Of a DNA stretch of 53,422 bases, positions 40,801 to 48,653 are shown in pieces (within the stretch, counting starts at the first letter, position 1; each line of letters begins with the position of its first letter). Location: NCBI GenBank assembly GCA_046484805.1, contig JAWOIF010000128.1, positions 1 to 53,422 on the forward strand. The letters run 5' to 3'. The DNA is from Bacteroidales bacterium. Lineage in GTDB: Bacteria > Bacteroidota > Bacteroidia > Bacteroidales > VadinHA17. Below the pieces are notes generated by a model. The model saw nothing but the letters and a program-made list of their open reading frames with translations, ran no database searches and had not been told where the DNA came from. A program made the position numbers and the translations under genes.

Positions 40801-41050
40801 AGCGTTGGAGATAGCTGAAGATGGGGCTGATTATTTTTTCAGGCGGATAGAGTATTTCCTGGCTCAGTCTCCCGGATTTGTTTACTCATCTGAGTATGAG
40901 ATACAGATAGCCATGCAGTATGTTTCCAGAATCGCTGATTCACTGGTTGCAAACGGTTATGAAGAGAGGGGAGGTGAAATGAATGAAAGGCTCGAGAACC
41001 TGTATGCCTCATTTTTGATCATCCGCAGGGCTTACGGGGAGGGAGGCTAG
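37826..41050 (+). CDS. DUF2723 / TMEM260-like GT-C glycosyltransferase family membrane protein
   Basis: WDCGEFIASAYKMEVGHPPGAP, FWFSAVEGEVYA, YLNREQYG, PRERDY and GDNDTFPLWY; many TM helices and a TPR-like C-terminus. Start set at ATG 37826 (37808 also possible). Confidence 0.85.
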   Translation: MKDFRFINNVTGWVVFLIAAVTYLFTMESTASLWDCGEFIASAYKMEVGHPPGAPIFMLMGRFFTLFAGNDVTRVALMANALSALASAFTILFLFWSVTHLARRMFHRDENEFTTANMIAIMGAGAAGALAYTFSDTFWFSAVEGEVYATSSLFTAVVFWAVLRWEESYGDEHADKWLILIAYLMGLSLGVHLLNLLVIPAITFVYYFRRFSFTWKGFALSVAVSLIILVLIMYGIIPGVLVVSSGFELLFINSLGLPFHTGVLVHVIMLAVFVIMAVRLSMLKVSRIRLTVITMTAILLSGMWLLSDSIILNIAVLSVIGLLVWISAQKGRDLLNMALTSLMVILIGYSSFALILIRSSANPPMDENNPEHIFNLIYYLNREQYGQRPLLYGQYYNAPVIDYKTEGKPTYNQVGNSYVITHRSIERIYDDRFKTVFPRMWSDSPDHIQRYKEWGRVQGVPVQVTDPSTGDRRVERRPGFSENLRFMFSYQIGFMYFRYFMWNFAGRQNDVQSQGGAVNGNWISGFDFLDRIRVGTVKGMPDEMKNDPSRNKYYLLPLLLGMLGFIYHLNRDVRNWWIVSLLFLLTGLAIVIYLNQYPNQPRERDYAYAGSFYAFAVWIGIGVLFLYDLFSRIVNRKTAAILAVAISMVVPVLMGAENWADHDRSGRYLTTDVASNYLNSCAPNAILFTNGDNDTFPLWYAQEVEGVRTDVRVCNLMLFNTDWYIDQMKMKAYESDPLPLTLPREKYFEGINNQVYIVERYKEAAGASMVIDFVRSDDPAAKIKISPTEEIDYIPTRTIRIPVDREKVIANGTVKPENANMVVPYIDIKLTGHAILKSQLMLIDLLAHNDWERPIYFVSGYHNDAMGLEEYFQLEGTAYRLVPIKSHNNSWLDYGRVDTDILYENMMNRFSWRGAKEPDVYLDYFHKRTLTVIKARYHYARLATELAAEGKMEKAVMVLDRCLTELPFSKLPHDLFTPDLVSACFAAGIDEKALEIAEDGADYFFRRIEYFLAQSPGFVYSSEYEIQIAMQYVSRIADSLVANGYEERGGEMNERLENLYASFLIIRRAYGEGG

Positions 41051-41063
41051 ATCGTGACGATTG

Positions 41064-41474
41064 CTACTGTACATACTCTTTCCTGACCAGATACTTCTCA
41101 ATCAGGTTCAACAGCTTTTCGGGGAACAGTGGTTTAAGGACAAATTCATTGCAGCCTGCAACGAATGCTTCTCTCCTGATCTGGTCGGAGCTATAGGCTG
41201 TTACCATTATTACCGGAGTATCCTTGTCTCTTTTCCTTAAAAGCTTGATGCAGTCAACACCGTTGATATATGGGATTAGGAAATCCATGATAACGAAATC
41301 TACACTAACACCTTCAAGTGAAATCAGATCGTTGAATTCCCTGCCGTTCTTAAGAACTGTAATTTCCGCGCCCGTATTCTTCAGCAGTGTTTCGTAGTAC
41401 TTCACCGAGGGGACGTCATCGTCAACTATAATAATGCTCTTGTTACTGAGGTCCGACAGGGTAAAGTTCAACAT
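41064..41474 (-). CDS. Single-domain (CheY-like) response regulator
   Basis: IVDDD, phosphoacceptor VIMD, VTAY and VLKP; no output domain. Confidence 0.9.
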   Translation of the reverse strand: MLNFTLSDLSNKSIIIVDDDVPSVKYYETLLKNTGAEITVLKNGREFNDLISLEGVSVDFVIMDFLIPYINGVDCIKLLRKRDKDTPVIMVTAYSSDQIRREAFVAGCNEFVLKPLFPEKLLNLIEKYLVRKEYVQ

Positions 41475-41606
41475 TGCTGAGGTGCTGTGCTGGTTGTAAT
41501 ATTATGTAAAAATAATAACTGGAACCGAGGTTAAGGTAGTTATTGCCCTCAGTTTTTAACAAGTTATTAACATAATAAAATATTATGATGTAAAATTTCA
41601 ATTTAC

Positions 41607-41614
41607 TATTTTTG
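41607..41614 (+). promoter_or_regulatory. -7 element TATTTTTG for the YfiR-PP2C gene
   Basis: Exact TAnnTTTG 35 nt before ATG 41650. Confidence 0.55.
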
Positions 41615-41649
41615 GTATAAATAGATTTTAAGCCTATAAATTATCTGAC

Positions 41650-43542
41650 ATGACAAGAGTTGAGAAAAATGCAAGATTAATGTTGCTTTTAGTTGCATAT
41701 CTTTTAGTGACGATGACTTCAGTAGCGCAGGAGGGATTTGACAATTCTACAAGGGCACTTTATATATTCGATATGGCCCGTTATATTGATTACGGAGAGG
41801 ATTTGAAGGATAAGGAGTTCTTCAGGATAAGTGTTCTGGATAATAATGCAGCTCTCTTCTGGGAAATGGGAAACCTGGCCCGGACACGGACCCGGATACA
41901 GGATAAACCGGTTGACATCGTTTATATAAGGGAGGAGAACAAGATCATTCCGACACAGATTCTCTATGTAAACAAGAATAGCGGATTCGACCTCATGAAG
42001 GTAAAGGAGATGATCAAGGGACAACAGACAATGCTGATCACAGAAGGTTATGACTTTAATGAGTCGATGATCAATTTTATAGTTGTGGAAGGAAAACCCA
42101 GGTATCAGGTTCATGAGGACAAGATAATTGAGGCCGGGATGTCGGTCAATCAGCTTTTCCTCTATCAGGCTATAAAGACCAAAGAGGACTGGGAGAATCT
42201 TTTTGACCTGGCAATGGAAGAGATCGAGCTGCAAAAGCAGCAGATAATGGAACAACAGGAGGTTATAGAAGCTCAGAGGGCTGAGATAGTTATGCAGAAG
42301 GCACTGCTGGATAGTCTCGACAGGGCTATTGAGGAAAAGGAGAGGGTGCTGATAGAAAAGCAGCAACAGCTTGACAGTCAGATGGCACAGATCGGCAGGC
42401 AGGGTCGTGAAATTGTAGTTCAGCGATCAACAATAGAGACTCAGCAAAAGGAGGTTGCCGGGCAGAGAGAGGTGCTGACTGCCCAGAGGGAAGAGATTGC
42501 AGCCCAGTTGACAAAGCTTGATGAGCAGCTTTTGATGATCGGCCAGCAGGAGGATAGGATTAAGACCCAGCTGGCTACACTTGAAAAGCAGAAGCTCATA
42601 CTATGGTTTGTCTCTTTCATGCTACTTCTTTTCATATTTCTGGCTTACATTATTTATCGCAATTATCGTATCAAGAAGGAGGCAAATGTTAAACTTGAGG
42701 AGAAGAATCGTACAATAACTGCTCAAAAGGATGAAATTGAAAAGCAGCGAGACATTGCAGCCATGCAGCGTGACCAGATTGCATATCAGAAAAAGCATAT
42801 TACCGACAGTATCGAATATGCGAAGAGGATACAGACAGCTCTTCTTCCGTCGCTTGAACTATTCAGCGATGATCTCGACCATTTTGTATTCTTCAAACCT
42901 CTCGATATAGTAAGTGGTGATTTCTACTGGGTGACCCGTCGTGACAACCTGCAGATAATAATTGCTGCCGACTGTACCGGCCATGGGGTTCCCGGTGCTT
43001 TTATGAGTATGCTGGGTGTTACCATGTTGAATGAAATAGTACTTGCCAAGAATGTCGTTATGCCCGATCAGATACTGAACAATCTGAGGAGCGAGATCAT
43101 AAGCTCACTCAAACAGTCGGAAGAGGATGATAAGGTAAAGGATGGGATGGATATGGCTGTATGTGTCGTTGACTTCAGTACTTCCAAACTTTACTATGCC
43201 GGAGCAAACAATCCGCTTTATCTGATAAGAGGCAACGAACTAATTCACTACCGGCCTGACAAAATGCCGGTGGCAATTCATTACAGGATGGGAGACTTTA
43301 CTCTCCATACAATTGATTTGCAGAAAGGGGATTGTTTCTACATTTTCTCTGACGGGTATGCCGACCAGTTCGGTGGCCCCGACCATAGGAAATTCATGTC
43401 AGCCCGGTTGAAGGAGGAACTTGTAAAGATATCGGAGATGCCAATGATTAAGCAGGGGGAGAGGCTAAACGACCTGTTCGTGGAATGGCAGGGTGATAAC
43501 CCTCAGATCGATGATGTAACCCTGATAGGTGTCAGGTACTGA
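41650..43542 (+). CDS. YfiR/DUF4154-like periplasmic domain, long coiled coil, TM and SpoIIE/PP2C phosphatase
   Basis: Signal peptide, YfiR-like ILYV...LITEG...MINF motifs, heptad stalk and TM at ~316-336. PP2C motifs are SGDFY, ADCTGHG, FSDGY and DDVT. Confidence 0.85.
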   Translation: MTRVEKNARLMLLLVAYLLVTMTSVAQEGFDNSTRALYIFDMARYIDYGEDLKDKEFFRISVLDNNAALFWEMGNLARTRTRIQDKPVDIVYIREENKIIPTQILYVNKNSGFDLMKVKEMIKGQQTMLITEGYDFNESMINFIVVEGKPRYQVHEDKIIEAGMSVNQLFLYQAIKTKEDWENLFDLAMEEIELQKQQIMEQQEVIEAQRAEIVMQKALLDSLDRAIEEKERVLIEKQQQLDSQMAQIGRQGREIVVQRSTIETQQKEVAGQREVLTAQREEIAAQLTKLDEQLLMIGQQEDRIKTQLATLEKQKLILWFVSFMLLLFIFLAYIIYRNYRIKKEANVKLEEKNRTITAQKDEIEKQRDIAAMQRDQIAYQKKHITDSIEYAKRIQTALLPSLELFSDDLDHFVFFKPLDIVSGDFYWVTRRDNLQIIIAADCTGHGVPGAFMSMLGVTMLNEIVLAKNVVMPDQILNNLRSEIISSLKQSEEDDKVKDGMDMAVCVVDFSTSKLYYAGANNPLYLIRGNELIHYRPDKMPVAIHYRMGDFTLHTIDLQKGDCFYIFSDGYADQFGGPDHRKFMSARLKEELVKISEMPMIKQGERLNDLFVEWQGDNPQIDDVTLIGVRY

Positions 43543-43773
43543 TTATCTGCACTCCCACTGGGTGGTCAACGTACCTACCACGACAGGAGGCGTTGCAAGG
43601 ATCAATGTAAGGTCAGTTCCGCAGTATTCAGTCTCGGAAGTCTGATTTATTAAATCTCCATCATCATATGTGACCTGCTTGCAAAGTTTGCAGTTCTGGA
43701 ATAAACTTTCACATGAAGTAAGCGAAATTGTCATCAGAATAAATCCGGCTGCGTATAAAGATATTCGTTTCAT
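43543..43773 (-). CDS. Small Cys-rich lipoprotein, paralog 1
   Basis: Lipobox LTSC; NCKLCKQV...YC...WECR, shared with the adjacent paralog. Confidence 0.8.
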   Translation of the reverse strand: MKRISLYAAGFILMTISLTSCESLFQNCKLCKQVTYDDGDLINQTSETEYCGTDLTLILATPPVVVGTLTTQWECR

Positions 43774-43809
43774 AATAGGGCAATTATATTAAAATCTGAA
43801 ACAGGGGCA

Positions 43810-44043
43810 TTATCTGCATTCCCACTTTGTAGTTGTTGATCCGCTGGTTATTGGCTGTTTGGCCAGTATTTCGGTAAGTTGTTCATCGCAGTAAACGGCT
43901 TCAGGGTATTCCTGGAAAACAGTACCATCATTATTGTACATAACCTGTTTGCATGTCTTGCAGTTTTGCAACAGTAATTCACATGAGTTTACTGACACTG
44001 CAATCAGAAGAAAAAGTATTGAATATGCTACTTTGCGTTTCAT
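43810..44043 (-). CDS. Small Cys-rich lipoprotein, paralog 2
   Basis: Lipobox VNSC; NCKTCKQV...YC...WECR. Confidence 0.8.
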   Translation of the reverse strand: MKRKVAYSILFLLIAVSVNSCELLLQNCKTCKQVMYNNDGTVFQEYPEAVYCDEQLTEILAKQPITSGSTTTKWECR

Positions 44044-44063
44044 GGACCATAATTATTATATAT

Positions 44064-44071
44064 CAAATATA
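44064..44071 (-). promoter_or_regulatory. -7 element TATATTTG for the small lipoprotein pair
   Basis: Exact TAnnTTTG 20 nt upstream of ATG 44043, downstream of the M14 terminator. Confidence 0.6.
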
Positions 44072-44113
44072 AGAAGCTTTTTTTTACAAACACCAGACGG
44101 TATACTTAATATT

Positions 44114-44147
44114 AAAAAATCCCTCTTCTTTGCAGGAAGAGGGATTT
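44114..44147 (-). terminator. Rho-independent terminator of the tandem M14 operon
   Basis: AAATCCCTCTTC/GAAGAGGGATTT stem, followed by a T-run on the minus strand. Confidence 0.8.
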
Positions 44148-44170
44148 CAGATAATATTATGATAAAAGAA

Positions 44171-46075
44171 CTATTTTATTTTGATTTCCATTTTCTTATT
44201 ATCGGTGCCTCCGTTCTTTGACCAGAGGTCGAATTCCAGCCAACCCGAATTACCTGTCATTGAAACAAGATAGGTATATGAAAGTTTTTCCTGTCCCCTT
44301 AACCGGAACTGAACCTCCTTGCTGCTGGTCATTCGTGCCTGGGCGCCCCCGGTTCCACCACGCATAGCTGCTGCCTGTGCACCACCCCTGGCGCCGCCTC
44401 GTGCAGTAGTGGCCCCCACAGGCATGATTGAAATGTTGTTTGAGGTCTGCAGCGTCAGCTTGTCCTGTATTGCTCTCCCAAGCTGAACCGACATGTCGGA
44501 GGCGGTTGGATACACCTTATCGTTTGAAACGGTAACGGTTACCTTATAGACATCTGCATTGACGGGTTCAACATCGATATTGTCTATCTTGACCACCGGG
44601 AACTGATTGACGCAGTAGAGTACGAAAAGTACATTTTTTTCTGCTTCATGCTCTATATACCTTGAGGGGGGTGTGCGTCCAATATGTTTGCGTGCCGTTC
44701 CTCCCATCCAGATGGGTCCAAAATCTGGATGATCGAACTGGTAGGGAACCAGCCAACCAGCCTCGGTCAGATCGAGCTCAAGCCATTTCTGGAACTCTTC
44801 GTCGCTCACCCTGTTGTCATTGTTAATGTCGGCAAAAGGTGCTGGAGATCCCCATAGTTCCATCAGGTAACTGTATGCGCCCAGCATATAGTAGGCTGAG
44901 GCATGCGCCTGTCCTGACAATCCCCCGATTACCGGATTGTAGTTCTTGAGAATATAGGCTCCTTCCGATACTATTTTGGTTTGTACATCCATGTCATGGC
45001 GGTACTCGGGAGACACCTGCCTTGTGTACAGCTGGGCATACTTGTTGGTCTTGCGCATCTCTGCGAGCCTTGTGGATACCGTTTGGTTATATTGTGTCTG
45101 GGCTTCTGCTGATGTGCGTACAGCCGGTGGAGCCTGAAACATTATCAGGCGACCGGTATTGTGGTAGTGGAATGAGGCAAATATGTTCTTATGTTTCATC
45201 TGGAACTCAAAGACATTTCTGGTCTCAGGTTCTGAAAGGGGATAATATTCACCGTCACGCGGGTTCCAGCCGTAGGGAAAATTACGATTGGGATCGGGTC
45301 CGCCTAAATCATCTTCATTCAACCTTCCGTCACCATCGTTATCATATCCTTCAGATCCAATACGCTCAAACCTGAGGCCAACATAACTATCATCTTCCAC
45401 CCTGATGAACCTCCTCTTATCTGCCGACAGTCTGAAGTCACCCTTCGGGTCCTCACGGTACATCATTGTGAGTTCTCCATCACCGTCTACGTCTTCTGTC
45501 ATGTCTTCATCGTATAATCCGTCTCCGTCATTATCCTCGGGCCGGTATGTTTCCCTGGGGTTGTTCTCAGTGTTAGGGAATGCAACGTAACTGTCATTGG
45601 CATCTACATTTAAGCCAGGCAGTATGTAAAAAGTGTATTTGTTGACCAGGTTATGTATAAAAGGATCATAGTCATATCTGGTAAGCAGGTACCATGCCAG
45701 ATACAATGAACAGCTAATTCCGTTTACTTCATTACCGTGAATGGCTCCGTCGACCCACATTGCAGGTTTATCTCCATGTTCGCCGGTTGCTTTGCTGGTA
45801 ATTGTCAGCAGGAACTGGTCACGTCCCATACGGCTTTTCCCAATGCTTTGTATATCGGTCAGTTGCGGGTACTGTTTCTGAAGGTCATGCATTATCTTTG
45901 TCCATTCAGCGTAGTTATAATACCTCTTCCATGATATCGGAAAGTCAAGATCTCCGCTATAACCGCCCATGTTCATCTGCAGTTTTTTCTGGGCTCCGGC
46001 GGGTTGTGGTAACAGAACGATGATGGTTATCAGTGCGACTGCAGCGATTGTAAATTGTCTCTTTATAGTTTTCAT
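44171..46075 (-). CDS. Secreted M14 zinc carboxypeptidase with DxDxDG Ca2+-loop inserts
   Basis: Signal peptide, GAIHGNE, DPNRNF, FHYHNTG and MELW; inserts DNDGDG, DVDGDG and DINNDN. Confidence 0.88.
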   Translation of the reverse strand: MKTIKRQFTIAAVALITIIVLLPQPAGAQKKLQMNMGGYSGDLDFPISWKRYYNYAEWTKIMHDLQKQYPQLTDIQSIGKSRMGRDQFLLTITSKATGEHGDKPAMWVDGAIHGNEVNGISCSLYLAWYLLTRYDYDPFIHNLVNKYTFYILPGLNVDANDSYVAFPNTENNPRETYRPEDNDGDGLYDEDMTEDVDGDGELTMMYREDPKGDFRLSADKRRFIRVEDDSYVGLRFERIGSEGYDNDGDGRLNEDDLGGPDPNRNFPYGWNPRDGEYYPLSEPETRNVFEFQMKHKNIFASFHYHNTGRLIMFQAPPAVRTSAEAQTQYNQTVSTRLAEMRKTNKYAQLYTRQVSPEYRHDMDVQTKIVSEGAYILKNYNPVIGGLSGQAHASAYYMLGAYSYLMELWGSPAPFADINNDNRVSDEEFQKWLELDLTEAGWLVPYQFDHPDFGPIWMGGTARKHIGRTPPSRYIEHEAEKNVLFVLYCVNQFPVVKIDNIDVEPVNADVYKVTVTVSNDKVYPTASDMSVQLGRAIQDKLTLQTSNNISIMPVGATTARGGARGGAQAAAMRGGTGGAQARMTSSKEVQFRLRGQEKLSYTYLVSMTGNSGWLEFDLWSKNGGTDNKKMEIKIK

Positions 46076-46087
46076 ATCGGTTCCTCC

Positions 46088-48076
46088 CTAGTTTACTTTT
46101 AATTCCCTGACCACCGTTCCGCCTTTTTGGGAAGTGACAACGATCTTAAGCGGAGCATCCCCCTTTACACCAATCAGCCACTTCACCTCGCGACTGTTAT
46201 TGCCTCCACGGATGATGCCCGGCACTGAAGCTGTGCCTCCCAGCACTCCAATACTCTGCCAGACAGACCCCTCAATGAATTCGACTTTATCACGGTCGGT
46301 GATTAGCCAAACCACATCCTCCCTGAGGTTTGGTGACGATGTAGCACGGGTCAGCTGTGTAGGCAGACCTCCGGTGTTCTCTATGGTTGCCTTAACTTCA
46401 ATAAGCCGGTAACGGCCTGAACCCTTTCCTTTGTTTATGGTAAAGATATTTCCGTCAGATGTTATGGTTGCTTCGGCTGCGTTACCTGAGTGAACAACTT
46501 TTGCTGAGGCCGCGGCAATTTTTATCTCGGGTAGCAATTCTGCCCTGAACTTCTCAAACTGCCAGTGCTTTTCGCATACATTCAGCAGGGGTTCTCCCGG
46601 AAAAGCATTATTGGAGGCATATATGGTTCGCCATCCTCCCATCTCTCCTTCACCATGGTCGGGATGCCTGGTTTTCTTCCAGTTGACAAACAGCCTTCCG
46701 CTATACTTTTCGTCCTGATATTTCAGCAGGGCACGCTGAAGTGCCAATTGTCTGTTGGGACCTTCAGGAATCACCAGCCCTGGTATATCCTTTGATGCAT
46801 TCCATAGCTCCGTTGTAACTGCAAACATGCCAAGCTGAGCGTAAAGCCAGTCAGAGTCCATACCGTAACCGTAACGCCTGTCGGCATTCTCATTATAGCT
46901 TACACGCCAGTACCGGGGAAGTTCATAACCACGAATCTGAGCGTACTTATTGGCTCCTTTTTCTTTCATCTCTTCACGGAACTGGTCGATTTTTTCAGGG
47001 TACAGCCAGGCTTCCGGAACCTCTTCTCCGAGTATTTCGAGATATTTTTTACCCATGATGAAATCAAAATAGGCTACATCAGTTTCATTCATGCTTGTAT
47101 GAGGTGCCGTTCCCATGGCACGGTATGTAAAACCACCTGATGTGTGAAAAGACTGTGCATTAAGAATATTCCTGTGGTTCATGAAAAACTCAACCCTTGC
47201 ATGAACTTCGGTTGCTGAGGTCGGATAGAAACCTGTGCCTCCGGGCTTCCCGTCTTCAGTCCACCAGCCCTCCGGGTAGTTCCTGTTCATATCAATGCCG
47301 TCTGATCTCTCCTGTGCTTTTCTGATGTTTCCTGCATCATCAAAATAGGTAGTTACAACCTTGTAACGTTCTTTTGAAGTCGTTTCATCAGATCTGAGCC
47401 GTACCATAAGACGGGGATCAATGTCATCAATCACATATTCACCTTCAGGATGCTTGTATCTGAACTGAGGAATCAGACCATCTGGCACCGGTTTTCCTTC
47501 AAGGTTAGAGGTACGGTACATTGAATTGGACCGCTGTGGTATACCCATTTCAACACTGTTATATACACCGTCAGGATTGTCAATCGGGCAGATGTAGAAG
47601 GAAACCCTGTCAACCAGCCTGGTTATTGAAGGATCATCTCCATAACCTGACACAAGCTTGTCAATTATGTAGAGACACACCTCGGTGCCCGTATACTCAT
47701 TACCATGGGTGGCCCCACTCATAAAATGTCCGGGCTTGCCCAGGTGCGATTTCATGGGAGGCACGTTCTGAATATTTTCCCTGCGCATGTTTTTTAGGGT
47801 AACATGCTTGTCAATGGTAGTTCCGTTTTTCATATTTGAAATTACCAAAACATACATGGGACGACCCAGAGTACTGGTTCCTATCTGTACCAACTCTGTT
47901 ATGTCTGGGTGAGCCGCTGCCACCTTTTTCAGATAGTCAACGGTTCCCGTATAACCATGGTATTTGTCGAAGGTAATCGGAACCTTCTGCCTTGCAGGTG
48001 ATTGGAGTGATGGCAAGAGGACCATCATCATCGCCAGGACATTGATCAAAAGTCTCTTTCTGTTATTCATATCCAT
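46088..48076 (-). CDS. Secreted M14 zinc carboxypeptidase (paralog of the downstream gene)
   Basis: Signal peptide, GATHGNE, NPDG, DMNRNY, SFHTSG and TELW; shares the C-terminal S(K/Q)xGGT with its neighbour. Confidence 0.88.
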   Translation of the reverse strand: MDMNNRKRLLINVLAMMMVLLPSLQSPARQKVPITFDKYHGYTGTVDYLKKVAAAHPDITELVQIGTSTLGRPMYVLVISNMKNGTTIDKHVTLKNMRRENIQNVPPMKSHLGKPGHFMSGATHGNEYTGTEVCLYIIDKLVSGYGDDPSITRLVDRVSFYICPIDNPDGVYNSVEMGIPQRSNSMYRTSNLEGKPVPDGLIPQFRYKHPEGEYVIDDIDPRLMVRLRSDETTSKERYKVVTTYFDDAGNIRKAQERSDGIDMNRNYPEGWWTEDGKPGGTGFYPTSATEVHARVEFFMNHRNILNAQSFHTSGGFTYRAMGTAPHTSMNETDVAYFDFIMGKKYLEILGEEVPEAWLYPEKIDQFREEMKEKGANKYAQIRGYELPRYWRVSYNENADRRYGYGMDSDWLYAQLGMFAVTTELWNASKDIPGLVIPEGPNRQLALQRALLKYQDEKYSGRLFVNWKKTRHPDHGEGEMGGWRTIYASNNAFPGEPLLNVCEKHWQFEKFRAELLPEIKIAAASAKVVHSGNAAEATITSDGNIFTINKGKGSGRYRLIEVKATIENTGGLPTQLTRATSSPNLREDVVWLITDRDKVEFIEGSVWQSIGVLGGTASVPGIIRGGNNSREVKWLIGVKGDAPLKIVVTSQKGGTVVRELKVN

Positions 48077-48135
48077 CGTGGTGTAAGGTTTAAAAAACAG
48101 CTCATATTAAGAAATTTATGGCAAAGTCCGGTGCC

Positions 48136-48143
48136 CAAAGGTA
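48136..48143 (-). promoter_or_regulatory. -7 element TACCTTTG for the M14 pair
   Basis: Exact TAnnTTTG about 60 nt upstream of ATG 48076. Confidence 0.5.
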
Positions 48144-48263
48144 TGTTATGCATTGTATTTAACAATTTTTAGCATAAGTGGTGAGAGCGGTGCAGCAATA
48201 GAGAACAGCAGGCAGTCTTTGTCATATATATCATAAATGTTTAACTTGCAAAAAAATATTGTC

Positions 48264-48653
48264 ATGGAAGAGAACAGAATGAAAAAGCATGTAACCGCAG
48301 TTGCTGCTATCAGGATTGCTTTGCATACATTAGGTTTGATCGGTATTATTATTGCCAGCATTGCCGTGAGGTTTGCTTTTGATTTTATTCCGCAAGAGGA
48401 GATCCCCGAATTAGTGATGCCTTTTGTGCAGGGTATAATCTCCTTTTTATTTATTGTTGTCGGATTGATATCAATACTTGGGATTATCGGGGCCGTAGGC
48501 CTTCTGGCAAACAAAGGATGGGCACGTATACTCTCTATTGTGGTTGCTGCCGTTTGCTGCCTTAATATTCCGATTGGAACCCTTTCCGGTGTTTATACTA
48601 TCTGGGTTCTGCTGCAGGACGAGACTATAGTAATGTTCAAAAAGCAATATTAA
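48264..48653 (+). CDS. Small membrane protein of unknown function (3-4 TM)
   Basis: Hydrophobic helices and a conserved-looking WARIL...LNIPIGT...YTIWVLL segment. Start set at ATG 48264 (48279 possible). Confidence 0.7.
   Translation: MEENRMKKHVTAVAAIRIALHTLGLIGIIIASIAVRFAFDFIPQEEIPELVMPFVQGIISFLFIVVGLISILGIIGAVGLLANKGWARILSIVVAAVCCLNIPIGTLSGVYTIWVLLQDETIVMFKKQY

Noticed and set aside
41553-41575. Replication origin (TTATTAACA DnaA-box-like word)
   Set aside because: Only one good copy in a short divergent promoter region, with no box cluster or dnaA/gidA context.
43543-48076. RiPP/bacteriocin cluster (Cys-rich precursors plus peptidases)
   Set aside because: The small ORFs have lipoprotein signal peptides, there is no modifying enzyme or exporter, and a terminator separates them from the M14 genes.
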